A DNA stretch of 64,000 bases from Vitrella brassicaformis CCMP3155 (taxonomy: Eukaryota > Protista > Chromerida). Positions 14,769 through 27,725 of the stretch are shown here, piece after piece. The notes below the pieces were generated by a model. It saw only the letters and a list, made by a program, of their open reading frames with translations, was not told where the DNA came from and did no database searches. Each line of letters starts with the position of its first letter. The stretch's first letter is position 1. The stretch spans positions 41,546 through 105,545 of the forward strand of contig CDMY01000353.1 in assembly GCA_001179505.1 (NCBI GenBank), given 5' to 3'. A program made the translations under genes and the position numbers.

Positions 14769-15796
14769 GGGAGGGAGAGAGCTGTGTCTGGTTGTCTGTC
14801 TGTCTGTCTGTCTGTCAGGTTGTCTGTCTGGCTGTCTGGCTGTCTGTCTGTCTGTCGAAGTGCTGCACACGGGGCAGTGACTGAGTGAAGTCTATGTCTG
14901 TCTGCCAGTGTGTGTGTCTCTCGTAACTCCCCTTTTCCATCTCCTATCGCTCATGTGAGTGGCTGCCTCCTCTCTCTCGTGAGGCATCTTAATTTTCCGA
15001 GTCTTGTATAACATAGTGATTCAGTGTCGGCGTAGGTCAATCGGGCTTACCTGACGGTCATCTGTGACGCGTCTGGCCTGTCTGCCTGCTTGCCTGCCTG
15101 TCTGAAATGTGTGTGTCTGTGTGTCCTGATCGAGTACCTAACAGACAGACAAACAGCTGCGTGAGTGACTGGGTGCACGTCGGTAGTCAGTCAATCGATT
15201 TGACTGAGTGCAGGTGCATCGCAACAAATGCATTCTTCCATCGATGCTGGCTCTGCACCAGATCTGGTCTTGCGAGCTCAAGCCACTGGCCGAACGCGAT
15301 CTGCGGCGAAAAAAGAGCATGAGCGCGAGAGCTTTTATGGACACAGCATCGCGCATCTGCCCCAGGGGCCGGGACTTCGGTGTCCGTTAGCGAACGATTG
15401 AACGAACGAACGAACGAACGAACGAGAACTTCTGCCACAAGCTACTTGACTACCGATGGATCACTATTGAACAGACCCCACAGCACTGACAGCCCCTCGC
15501 TCACCCTCGACCCGCCAGGTTGCCTGAGGCCCTCCGATCTGTACCTGCCTGACGAGTCCGTACAGGCGGGGCTGGTGCTTTGCGACAATCAGCGACATCC
15601 CGATCAGCCGTCAGCATGGGAATGTGGATCGCTGTTGCTGGAATGTGCGCCTGAAGAGCCGTCAGCTGAGGCGTTTGACCTTCTGAATTGTGAGGAGAAG
15701 AGGCGGTGGACCAAGTAGCAAGTCGAAGGTGTCTGAGGCCCTGAGAGCCTCATCGTCGTCGACCAGTTCCACGCTCTATCAGTCAGCAGAGCCATC

Positions 15797-16778
15797 ATGG
15801 CTCGTGAGAAGGGCGGGTCAGCGTCGGGATGGGAGGATCCAGCGCACCAGATCGGATGGATAGCAGCCACCAAGCCGCAGCGGAACTGCAGAAAGCCACC
15901 CGCACAGCAACAGCACAGCGAACGAATGGAGGTCGACGAGAGGCCACAGCGGCGCGGGCGGGGCTTGGCTCGAGGAAGACGACAGGAGCGTCGCAGCCCG
16001 TCACGCAGGCGACCCCGCTCCCCTCCCAAAGGCGACGCACCTCCTCGGCAGAAGAACAAGGCACCACCAAGGGAGCCCAAACGAGATGCACCAGCAGCAG
16101 CCCCAGCAGCCGCAGCAGCAGCAGCAGCGGCTGCCGCCCCGGCACCGGCAGCACCAGTGGCAGCAGCGCACGGGCAGGGTGCTCAAGGGACGGCAGGCAG
16201 CCAGTCAGCCGAGGCTGTATCGTGTCAGCAGGATGACATGAAGGAATTCATGAAGGCCTACGACGAGTCGGGTGCGGTGGTCCCGCCGCTGGCCGGGGCG
16301 GGCGACGGGCATGGTGAGGTCAAGGCCCATGTGGTCGTGGTTGGGGCGGGGGTGGCGGGGCTTGCAGCTGCGGCCGCACTCAAGAAGCGAGGCTACAACG
16401 TGACCATCCTGGAGGCGCGTGAGAGGTGGGCCAGAAACAGAGAGAGGGGGAGGGGGGGCAGGTGTATAGACAGACGTGTTTGGTCAAATGTGTGTTGTTG
16501 TGTGTGATGTGGATGGATGGGTCAGGAATGGCGGCAGGATACAGACGCAGAGCTTCGCGCGGAAACGCGGCCTGCCAGAGACCAACGTGAGACCTGTACG
16601 CACACACCCATTGATTGGCACATGCCCACACCAACATGATGCGTGTGTGTGTGCCGTCCATGCAGTACGACCTCGCCGCCAATTGGATGCACATAGCCCC
16701 GGGCGACCCGCACTACCCCTGGGATATCGCCGCTGCGCTGGGCGTGGAGACATCCGCTGTGCCAGGTACCCGCCGCAC

Positions 16779-16813
<35 letters not shown>

Positions 16814-18988
16814 CTACAGAAGAGGCCATGGATGGATGGATGGATGGTTGCAGGAGGGAAGTGGGAGCCGACCCAGTGGACCGTCTTCCACGACGAGCTG
16901 ACTGGCCAGAAGGTCGACCAGGTCCTCGTCGTTCGGTAGGCTACCACAGACGTACATCACTCTCACTCAATTCCATCTGATCTCATCTCCCGCTGTTTCC
17001 TCCTTTTTTGCTTTTTTCCTTCAGTGCGCACCGTCTGTACGAGCGCACCACGGCCCTCATGCTGGCAATGAAGAAGAAGGAGGACCATCCAGCGGCAGCG
17101 CCCCCCACTATCGGTGGCCTGCCCCTCCCCCACTTCCCGCCCTCCGCCGACAGTTCCTTCGGCAGCTGGTTTGCCATCGCCCTCGACCGTGCAGCAGAGG
17201 AGGAGCGCCAGGCGTGCCAGGAACCCCCTCAAAAGAAGCGCCGGAAGGGGGCCACACAGGCGGCACAGGCGGCATCCGAGGCCGCTGACCAGGCCGACAA
17301 GCTCGATGAGGAGGTCGACCTGCTGCGCCGGCTGGCCGTCAAGATCGCACAGCGGGGGTTCGGCTACAACTGTCAGCTGGACGACCTCTCTCTCGTGCCC
17401 TCTCTCGAGGCGCTGGCCAGCCAGCAGCAGCCCGCCGCTCACAAGAAACCCACGCGGCCGACTGATCGACAGCTGAAGGACCGTGCGGCGGGCGAGGCCG
17501 ACTACATGCGCCGCTATAAGGCCGGCAAGGGTTTCCTGCCCGTCGCCACGCCTCAGCTGTCGATCTACGACCCTCCTGGCCTGCTGGCGCCGGCGGCCAA
17601 CGCGTACACCACTCTCGACCTGTTCAAGGTGTCGCCTGAGGAGGCGCAAGAGCTGAAGCGCAAGAGAGACGATGGCGGGGACGGGCGGGGAGGGGCAGAC
17701 GGGGGAGAGGAGGACGAGGGTGAGGAGGACGAGGGTGAGGAGGGCGTGCAGCAGCCCCAGAGAAAGAGGCGCAAGGAGGGGGGCCACGGCAGGGGCAGGG
17801 ACAGGAGGAAGAGGGCGCCAAAGAGAGCTGCAAGGGGAGCATACGACCCCTTCAGACGGGCCAACATCGACCACCAGGTCAGGCACCTGATCCACAGCCA
17901 GCCACAATCCCTGACACACAGACTTCACTTGTGTGTTTGTCCGTCTGTTTGTGTTGGGTGTGTTGCAGCTAACAGAGGGGGACAGGCTCTGCACGAGAGG
18001 CTACAGCTGGCTCCCCGACTTCCTCGTCGATTCGGCCGCCCTCCAGGACAACATCGTCCACACGGCCGTTGTCAACGAGGTTCGAGTGGTCCACCATGGG
18101 GACGGCAGCAGCCACGTGGAGGTGACCACAGCCGACGGGGACGTGTACAGCGCCCTGAAGGCCATCGTCACCGTGCCGGTTGGCGTCCTCAAGGCCAGCA
18201 ACGACACGGGCTCCCGCATCGCCTTCGAACCGCCACTGAGCGCCGCCAAGCAGCAGGCGTGCGAGCGGCTGGGCGGGGGCGGACACAACAAGGTGGTGCT
18301 GCGGTTTGACGAGTGCTTCTGGGACGAAGCCGAGCAGTTCATCAACTGCACCGACCCATCTGTGCAGTTCATGAACCTGCACGCCTTCGACCCGGCTAAT
18401 GCCACCAACACACTGGTACGGATGCTGGATGGGTGGGCACACACCACACACACGCATCCACCTCTCTATTGTATCTGTGTCCGTCTGATCGTTCAGGTGG
18501 CCCACCTCTTCGGGCAGCATGATCTGCAGAAGGAAGAGACGGTGGGCAAGGTGGTCACCCTGCTGGCCGGCATGTATGGCCTGGACATCGACGACCTCCG
18601 TGGTGGGCTGGTGGACGCCGAGGTGACGAACTGGGACACTGACCCGTTCGCACTCGGCTCGTACAGCTATCATCGGCCCGGAGGCAGCGCGGACGACATC
18701 GAAGAGCTGGCGACCGCCCATCCGGAGCCCGAGAGCCACGAGGGGGTTGACACGAGGCCAGCTGTCTTCTTCGCCGGAGAGGCCACCAGGTGGGTGGGGG
18801 GTGTGGGTCGGCAGATGCATTTTGTTTGTCCATGCTCTTTATGTCGGTGTGTGTGTGTGTGTCGTTGATTCGTTCAGCATTGCGGGCAACCAGTGCGTCC
18901 ACGGTGCCATGCACAGTGGAGTGCGTGCGGCGCTGAGGCCCTCGCCGCCATCCACGCCATCTCACACCCACTGTGGGCGACATCGTAG
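15797..18988 (+). CDS. Flavin-containing amine oxidase (polyamine oxidase/LSD1 superfamily) with disordered N-terminus and large charged insertion; apparent -1 frameshift near the C-terminus
   Basis: VVVVGAGVAGLAAA..LEARER|.GGRI, YDLAANWMH, IVTVPVGVLK, GGHNKVVLRF..FW, WDTDPFALGSYS, VFFAGEAT, VHGAMHSGVRAA. The end at 18988 assumes a 1-nt correction. Confidence 0.9.
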
Positions 18989-19465
18989 GCCCTGTAGGGT
19001 GCCTGCGCAGGCACCTCCCCCCCCCAGCCATGATAGGGTCTGGCCGCCTGTCTGCCTAGCTAAGCTGCCTGTCCCTCGTCGACGATTGCTGTCTTTGTTC
19101 CTTCTCTGCTTGTCTTTGCTTCAATTGGACCTCACTGGGGCCCCTGCGTCCAATTTGCTGCTATTGCTCCTGGTAGAGCTTCCTTTGCTATGGCCTGCCT
19201 TTCATATTGCTGAGGTTCTGAGCCGTTTGGCTGCTGCTGTGATGACTAGGTCGTCTCATCCACACCCCACACTCACTGCGCTGACTAAGAGAGAGGGAGA
19301 GGGAGAGGGAGAGAGGGAGAGGGAGGGAGGGATATATATATATATATTGCTGTGGTTGAGGTCGTATTTGTTGTATTTGCTTGCTCTTAGCGTCCGTGGG
19401 TGTGCGTTGGTGCGTGCCTGCGCGTATGGTGTTCACTCGATGTGGGCGTGTTGGGGGGGGGGGGG

Positions 19466-19765
19466 NNNNNNNNNNNNNNNNNNNNNNNNNNNNNNNNNNN
19501 NNNNNNNNNNNNNNNNNNNNNNNNNNNNNNNNNNNNNNNNNNNNNNNNNNNNNNNNNNNNNNNNNNNNNNNNNNNNNNNNNNNNNNNNNNNNNNNNNNNN
19601 NNNNNNNNNNNNNNNNNNNNNNNNNNNNNNNNNNNNNNNNNNNNNNNNNNNNNNNNNNNNNNNNNNNNNNNNNNNNNNNNNNNNNNNNNNNNNNNNNNNN
19701 NNNNNNNNNNNNNNNNNNNNNNNNNNNNNNNNNNNNNNNNNNNNNNNNNNNNNNNNNNNNNNNNN
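19466..19765. other. Assembly gap (300 N) flanked by poly-G
   Basis: Run of N in the sequence. Confidence 1.
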
Positions 19766-21216
19766 GTTGGGGGGGGGGGGGTGGATGGCACAGACACACA
19801 CACACACACACAAGGATACCTTGAGAGTTGGTGGAGGGAGTGGTGGAAGGAGAGGATAGGAGAGTGGACAGGATCTTGCCTGCCGACCTGTGTGGTGGAT
19901 GGATGGATGGATCCATCATTCACTCACCAGAGAAGTGGTACTATCTATAAGGAGGGGCGCGCCAAGTGCCAATACCGTCCCAACACGCTATAGAGAGAGA
20001 GATAGCCCACCTACTCACTCCATTAAGGCAGGCTATTACACGTACGGCCATGCGTGTGTGTGTGTGTGAATGGGTGCATGGCATGGTCTGGCACATGTGC
20101 ACATGTGAGGCTGGCTGTTCATCAGTCAGTGCTCATGCTCAACATTTGTGACCTCTCAGTGTAGTGATGATGTGCTCTGATTTCCTTTGATGGCCATTTG
20201 ACCGATTGATAGAGGCCATCCATCTGGTACAGTCGTGTCGTGTGCCTTGCTTGTGAGTAGGTAGAATGACTGCTGCCTGGCTGGCTGTCATGCTTTTCGT
20301 TGTCTGGGCTCGTTTAGTGTGACTGACTGGTCATCCTTTGACTACGGTACGCCTTCACCAACCTACCGGACATGTCTCTCTCTTCACGTGTCCGGGCTGC
20401 GCGACTCGTTCGTCTGCCCTCTCTCTGTCGCACCTGCCTGCCTGCGTTCCGGCCGACACACACACGTCACGTACACAGTACCCATCTGCAGCCAATGTGT
20501 GTGGGTGTGTCTGGGTGTCGATCTGTGATGTGGGTGAGACGTACGTCGATTTCGATTGAAGCGATCTATTCCACCAGCCACCTCGCACACGCACACGCAT
20601 AGCACAGGCACACGCACTCACATACACTGACTGATGACTACTGACAGGCGTGGCACGTGTGGACGTCCACTCCATGTGTGTGAGTGTTCTTGCCCACCTG
20701 TCTGTCCGTTGCCTGGTCTCGATGGATGGAGCTGCCTATTTGCTATCTGTCTGTCTGTTACGGTCCTGACCTTTGCTCTTTGCTGAACTACTACTTGGGA
20801 CCGACCGTTTGGGTCAGTCAGTCCACGGACCGCCAATCGATCTACTCTGCATGGACTCATTCATTTCATTCATTCAGGTGTATACCACACGTACGAACGA
20901 CTGAGGGCGCAAACACCGGTGCATTCGAAATCATTGCAGGAGGTTGATGCAGTCATTCATTCATTCATTCAGAGCATTGGAGCATTCTATTCATTCACGA
21001 GGCAGTCAGTACATATACATACTTACACAGGAAGGGAGGGAGACCCACCCGCCACCCCACTGTCATGTGTGCACACGCTGTGCACCTGCCCTGTGCTGTG
21101 CTGCACTGTCTTGTCTGTGCCACTGGCACAGACCGTAGTCTAAGCTCATGATCCATCCATCCACTTCTCTCTTCACCCCACCCCATCCCATCCCATCTGT
21201 CTTTCTATTCCACCAA

Positions 21217-24200
21217 TCACTGCATGTTGACTACCACGCCGTTCGCCCCAACCTGCTGCACCGCCTCGCCACCCTCCTGCCCATCGTCCATGCCAGCTGC
21301 CTCATCACCATCAGCGCCACCACCAGCAGCAGCAGCCGCGGCAGCAGGAGCAGCAGCGTCTACCATGACCGCATCCATGACGCCGTCATGCGCCCCTCCC
21401 TCCTGCACCTCCCCTCTCTGTCGCTTGTTGCTGTCCTCCTCAGGCCCGTCCCTCTCACGCTTGAAGCCGCCGGCCTCCGACGAGGGCTGGGAGCGCATCG
21501 CAACGCCATCCTCTGCAGGAGAGTCGGGAAGCGGTGGGATGTCCGCTGCGGCTGCAGGGAGGGGCAGGTGCTGCTCGATGTAGGCTCGCGCCTGGTCGAA
21601 GAACCCCTCGATACGCTGCACGGCGGTCTCGGTGCTGCCGTCGGTGGCGAAGGCGCAGTCATGCAGCCAGGGCCACAGCCATGGGGCCAGCTGAGGGTTG
21701 CTGCCGGAGCGGATCTCCGCCAGGAAACGGAGGTCGATCAGGATTAACACACCGTAGTCGCGCCTGTAATGCCACACCACACACACAGGCAAGATGCTAG
21801 CTACACTGCCTGCCTGGCTGCCTGTGTGTGCGGCCACTTGACTCACTCACTGGTGTCTGATGCAGCGCCCGAGTGCCTGGTTGAGCGGCCGGTAGGCCTG
21901 CTGGTCATACCACAACGTCCCACTCAGCCGCCACTTGTCTGCTGCCGGCGTCACACCCGCACCACCCACACCAGGCACACCAGCAGGGGGACGGCCTCGC
22001 GGCACCATCTGAGCACCATTGGCAGCAGCAGCTGCTGCAGCAGGAGGGGACATGGGGTGGCGGACAGGCCGCAACGGCCGCATGTTGGGGTGGTTGCGAT
22101 TGGCGACGGGTGGGCTGTGTTGATACATGTCAGGCTGCGATGCGTGGCGCGGCTGCTGCGATAGCGACATGGGTGGTATGAATGGCGGCCGGGGAGGGCC
22201 GGGGCGGGGGCGGAATGGCGGTGAGAGAACCCCGCCATTGACGCCATTGTGAGGCGGCAACGGCTGTGTTGGCATCTGGCTCAGAGGAACGTCGCCGTTG
22301 ACGATAGGTGGAGGTCTCTGCGGCGCCTCGGGTGCGTTGGGGGGCGGGCGAGGTCGGAATTTGATGGTTTGCTGGACCGGGGGTGACGCAGGAACCGCAG
22401 CGGCCGCAGCAGCTGCTGCAGCTGCGTCAGGGGGTGATGGGTCGGGGGGTGGTCGCTTTGCGGGGCCTTTGGTCTTGTTGGCCTCCGGAAGAGTGAAGGG
22501 CGGAACGACCCGGGGGAGCCGCTGCACCAGACAGGCATCGTTGTAGTCCTGCAGACGTGCGACACGCGACACATGACAGATGACGGGATGGATGTGTCTG
22601 TTGTCTCCCTCCCTCCGTGTGTGTGGGTGTGCGGATGAAGGTACCTTCTTCTTGGCAACTCGTGGGTCGGTGATGCTGGGGTATGGCTTGCCGATGACCA
22701 GCACCCCTCGGGCATGGTTGTCGTTGAAGGAGATCCCCTCCGACAGCTTTGCACGGTAGACGGCGAAGAGGAGAGCCGACCCGCCGTCGGCACCGGTGGC
22801 CTCGATGAACTGCTCCTTTACCTCGTCGAAATTGTCCCTATGTTTTTGACACACGCGCGAGGAAATGTAATAATGTGTATGCGGTCGATTGGATTGATAC
22901 GTGTGTGTCCGGGGGCATCGCACTTTTCTTCGATGAGTACGAGGCCCTTGGCGTCCTTGAGCCGCGCCCAGATGTCCTTGCGCTGGGTGCTGGGGGCCGC
23001 TCGGTTGTTCTCCCAGCACCAACGAAGCTGCACACACGCATGGCATGCAGAGAGAGGATTCTGGAGTGGAGTGGTTTCTGTCTGTCTGTCTGTCTGTCTG
23101 TCTGAGGTGTGTGGGGGTGTGTGTGACCTTCTTGAGGATATTGTATGACGGAAAGAAGGCCAGCACGCCGCCGGGGATCTCGCTGACCAGGTCGACAATC
23201 GTCTCGCCTAGCGCTACCATCTTGTGGGTCTCCTGCCAGCTACAAGGATGCACGCCACACACACACACACACACACGCCATGCAGAGAGAAGTCCATGGA
23301 TCCTGCATTCTCTCCGTGTGTTGCATTGTGTTGATGCTCACAATTTGTAGTTGCACTCGAGCTGCACCCCGGCTTTGCCCCTGCTACCCTTGGGCGGCTG
23401 GCAGCGGGCTGGCGCGTTCGACACCACATGCACCTGAAGCTGTTTGGACACACACACACACACACACACACACAGCGACATCTCTCGACCTGGCCGGTTT
23501 GTGTGTGCCCATGCTCATGCCCCTTCCTGCCTCCTTCCCTCCCTCCTTCCCTCCCGCCGACCTGTTCCTTGTGTATGCAGTGCTGGGCCTGCAGCACCAA
23601 CCGCTCCCGCTCGCTCGTCACACTGCGCTCGAAGGTCGGGCCTGAGAGAGAGAGAGAGAGAGAGATGGTGGACACCACACACGTCGGTGTCTGGATGGGT
23701 GTGTGGCGGTGTGTGGTGGTGGGTGTGCAGCGTACCGACCGAGCTCTGTGTAGAATGAGTTGACGGGTGTGAGAGTGCCGCTGGTGACGATGACAGAGTG
23801 TGCCTGTGCAGCGATGGCCTCGAACATGACGGCGGGGGACATGCACCAGAGGTGCAGCTTGCCCATCTCGGGCGTCGTGCCCATCAACACAACTACACAC
23901 ACACATTATGATACATGCCACAGACAGACACACAGACAGAAGACAGGCAGGCACACGTTCGTTGTGTGGTGGGGTGGGAATGTGTGTGTGTGCCGGCCGA
24001 CCGACCGACCGTTGTAGTAGCAAGGGTTCCACACGGAGAAGGCCAGCTTCTCTATCATATCCTCCTGACCAACCACATCAATTAACACCACACACGAGCG
24101 TGTGTCCCTCCCATCCATCCGTCCACAGTCCTCTCTCTCTCTCTCTTGACGTCTGTCTGTGTGGCTAACTCACCTGCACGTCCACCCATCTGTTGAGCAT

Positions 24201-25681
24201 GTGCTCCACGCGACTCTTGAGGCCCTTCTCGCGCGCCTGACACACAACACAACACAACACAACATAGCACAGCACAGCACAGCACAGAACGAAGAGATAA
24301 GCAGATACAGACAGACTCTTCCACCCAGTGGCACCATTCCACCCGTCGGCTGACTCTCTCACTCTCTCATCGCCCACCCGGTCGATGGCCTGCCTGAAGG
24401 CCTCCGTCATGGTCTCGTGGTGCTCCTTGACCTTGATCATCGTCTCCTTGTCCAGACCTACACGCCGCAAAAAGTCGGCCATCGAGGAGCGGGGCGCCTT
24501 GGCACCGGGCCGTGCGGCGTTGTACTGGTGCGACCCCTCCACGCGCTGCGGGACCACCATGCCCCAGCAGTGCACCTCGTCGTCACCGCTGTCAAGCGGA
24601 GAGGAGTTCTGTTGACAGAGAGGGAGAGGGAGAGGGAGAGGGAGAGGGGAAGGATTGTGTCTGTCTGTGTGTGGGGGCTGAGGTGGTTGGTGTGATGGGG
24701 CTTGGCTTACGAAGCTCTTTTTGTGGATCCATGGCGGCTGGTTCTTGCTGCTGTTGTTGCCATGTGGGGGCTGGTGCTTCTGGTCCTCGTAGAACTTCTC
24801 GAGGATCTTCTTCATCTCGTCGTGGATCCGCATGAAGACCGTCTGCAGGAAATACGCTATGTCATACCTGCGTGACACGGCAAAAGCCCAACACACACAC
24901 ATCAATCAGTCAATCCATCCCCCCTGCCCCCCTCCCTCCTTGTGTGTCGTGCTCATGATCATGCTCACGCACACACCTACATGTTGGTGTGGCCCTTAAC
25001 CTTCCAGGCCTTGGCCCAGTAGTCGTCGGTTTTGCTGGGGATCGGCAGCTCGCCATACGTCTCCCGCCGGATGTCCGCCTCCTCCCTCTCGCGCTCCTCG
25101 CGCTCGCGACGCTGCTGATCCGTCTCGGGACCGTAGGCGTCGAACCCGCCGAGGCCGCTCTGGCCGCCCTGGCCACCACCTGCTGCTGCTGCTGCCGCTG
25201 CAGCCGCTGGTGGTCGGTTGGGATGGGCCATGTTGAGCTGTGGCTGTGTGCGGGTGTGTGCGGGGACGAGCTGCAGGAACCTGAAAGAGAGAGAGAGAGA
25301 GAGAGGCAGAGAGTCGGGGTGGTTTTGGTGTTGGGTGGTGGGTGGTGGGTGGGGTTACCAGTCGGCGGTTTCCCGCAGGTGGTCCATGGTGTACTCGAAA
25401 GAGCCGCACTCCATGCAGTAGTCCTCCACGTTGTGGGCCTCGTCGAAGATCACCAACGCGCCCTTGGTGTCGATACTGACACGCACGATGAACCAAGGAT
25501 GATTGGTCAGTCTTCACCCATCCACCCATCCACGCAGTCACCGCACCGCATCATTCGGCGTATCTTGGGGTCGAGCAGATACGAGTAGGGACACAGCAGA
25601 AGCTCGCATAGGTCGCCAGTGCCCAACACCTGACCCAACACACCACACCACACACGGAAGAATGACGACTCGCCAACAAAG

Positions 25682-25713
<32 letters not shown>

Positions 25714-27703
25714 AGAGAGGGAGGGAGGGGCCCACCCACCCTGGTCACCTGTGCGGTGAAGTATGGGCAGGCCCTGAGGTCGCCGTCGCCACCCTGCGAG
25801 TCGGCCGCACCCACCGGGTGGCGCTGCAGGTTTGGGAAGAGGTCGCGCATCCTCACACCACCACCATCGCCGTCACCCTTGCCGTAGGTCTCAGGCGACG
25901 AACCAAACCTCACCTGCACACACACACACACACATCCATCCATCCATGTATGTATCAATCACTGTGGTCTGTCTGTGGTGCCACCTACGATGTCCTCTAT
26001 GTCCCAAGTGCCGTCCTTGTGCTGCGGCCCCTTGGGCGAGCCGTCGGGTGGCTTCCCGCGATTGCTCCGCAGACACGAGTGGGTCTTCTTGGCCAAATCC
26101 TCCGACGTCAGACCATCCCAGAAACCACACGCCTGAAGCACAACACAACTCACCCAATGCAGAGCACGTCTCAACACATGACATGACATGATGATGCCCC
26201 AATTGCAGGCAGATGCACCCATTCCGTCTCTCTCTCTTACGTTGTCCTTCCTCGCGAGAAGACACCACCGTCGCAGCTCCCCCGTGCTGGCCATCGCACC
26301 GCCCTCGCGACCCAACGCCTTATCGCTCTGCGCGTAGACGTTGGGAAAGGTCTTGTTGGCCTGGGTGTTGGGGGGGTTGTTGCTGCTCGCTGCTGCTGCT
26401 GCTGGGGCGTGATTGTCGTCCGGCTGGTCGGTGTTTGTGCTGTCCCTGGCCCTGGCCTGCTGCGCCTCGATCCAGCCGTCGCGCAGCTGGTCCTGGATGA
26501 CACACAGGAACTTGCGCGAGGCGAGGGTGGTGAGCCGCGGGCGGTAGGGGGTGCGCAGCACCTGAGGAAATGCCATGAACCACGTGGTAAGGTGCTGGGT
26601 GAGACAGACGATGTGGGTCTGTGGGTCTGTGGGTCCGGTGAGGGGGTGGGGGTACACGTGTGTGGTGTGTGGCCACTGACCTCCTTGGCGACCTGTTTGC
26701 ACTGCTCGTGTGTTCGTGTGGCGTAGATGATCTTGCGGATGGCGAACTGCTCCTGCTCCTGTCGACCTGGACAAAACACACCACACCACACCACATCACA
26801 CCACAACACACATACAGATGGATGGGTGGATCCCATTCCCCGCGCCATCCCTGTCTGCCTCTGCTTACTCAGTGCTATCTTGCCCAGTGCAGCGTCGCGC
26901 ATCCTGGTCTGGCAGTGGCGCACGAAGGCCAGCGGCGCACACAGCAGTGCCGCCGTCTTGCCGGTGCCGGTGGGCGACTCGAGCAGGGCGTGTTTCTTGT
27001 TGGTGAAGGCGTAGATCATCCTGTCCATCATCTGGGCCTGCGATTGCATCATCTGCGGGTAGTGGAACAACACCTGTACAATGAACCCAGACAGACAGCC
27101 ACACACAACAGACAGATAGAGAGATGGCCACAGACAGAGAGATGAAGCTTGACCCCACTCCATCCATCCATCGCACCCGCGCACCTCTATGCCGTGGAAT
27201 GGCGTCCTCTGTCTGGTCTTGGATTGCACCACATGGATCACCGATGGCGGCGGGTTCTGGCCTGGTCCGCGGGGGATGCTCGCAGCGTCACACCGGTCCT
27301 GGAAATCTGACACATACACAGCACACAAAGAACAAGATGCAGCAAGTGGATGGATGGATGGATGGATGGGTGGATGGCGGACAGCAGCATCATATCATGG
27401 CGCCCACCCACCTAGATGCTGCAGCCTCTCGATGAGGATCTGTGTGTTGTTCTTCTTCTTCGGCGGCTGACCGGGGCGGCGCCATCGGTTGCCGCCCTCT
27501 CCTCCCAATGAGTCGGGGTCCTCCTTGTTGAGATCTACGAAGGTGTAATCGTCCTCCCACTTGCGGTGAGGGTACCGCCCCATGCGCTCATCGTAGGGCA
27601 GCGCCTGCGTGCCGCCGTCATCCTCTTCTCCGTCCATCGCCCCGTCATCCTCATCGCCATCCATGTGCTCGCCATCGCGCCAATCGTAGCCCTCAAAAAA
27701 CAT
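21217..27703 (-). CDS. XPD-family Fe-S DNA helicase, FANCJ/BRIP1-RTEL1 type (closer to FANCJ in motif VI), about 14-15 exons
   Basis: LLESPTGTGKT, KIIYATRTHEQ, Fe-S cysteines (FLCV, RWCL, ACGF, ACPYF), CPYSYLLDP, IFDEAHNVE, VIVTSGTL, FFPSY, LFAVYRAKLSEG, VIGKPYP, WYDQQAYRPLNQALGRCIRH|RDYGVLILIDLRF. Confidence 0.95.
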
Positions 27704-27725
27704 CTGCCGGCAAAGGGATTCTTCG

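Noticed and set aside
15041-15060. CTTACCTG as a U1 snRNA 5' end
   Set aside because: It lacks the ATACTTACCTG start, and no U1 stem-loops or Sm site were recognisable.
19766-21200. Possible gene after the first gap
   Set aside because: Only microsatellites and short unconnected frames; no protein-like exon chain could be built.
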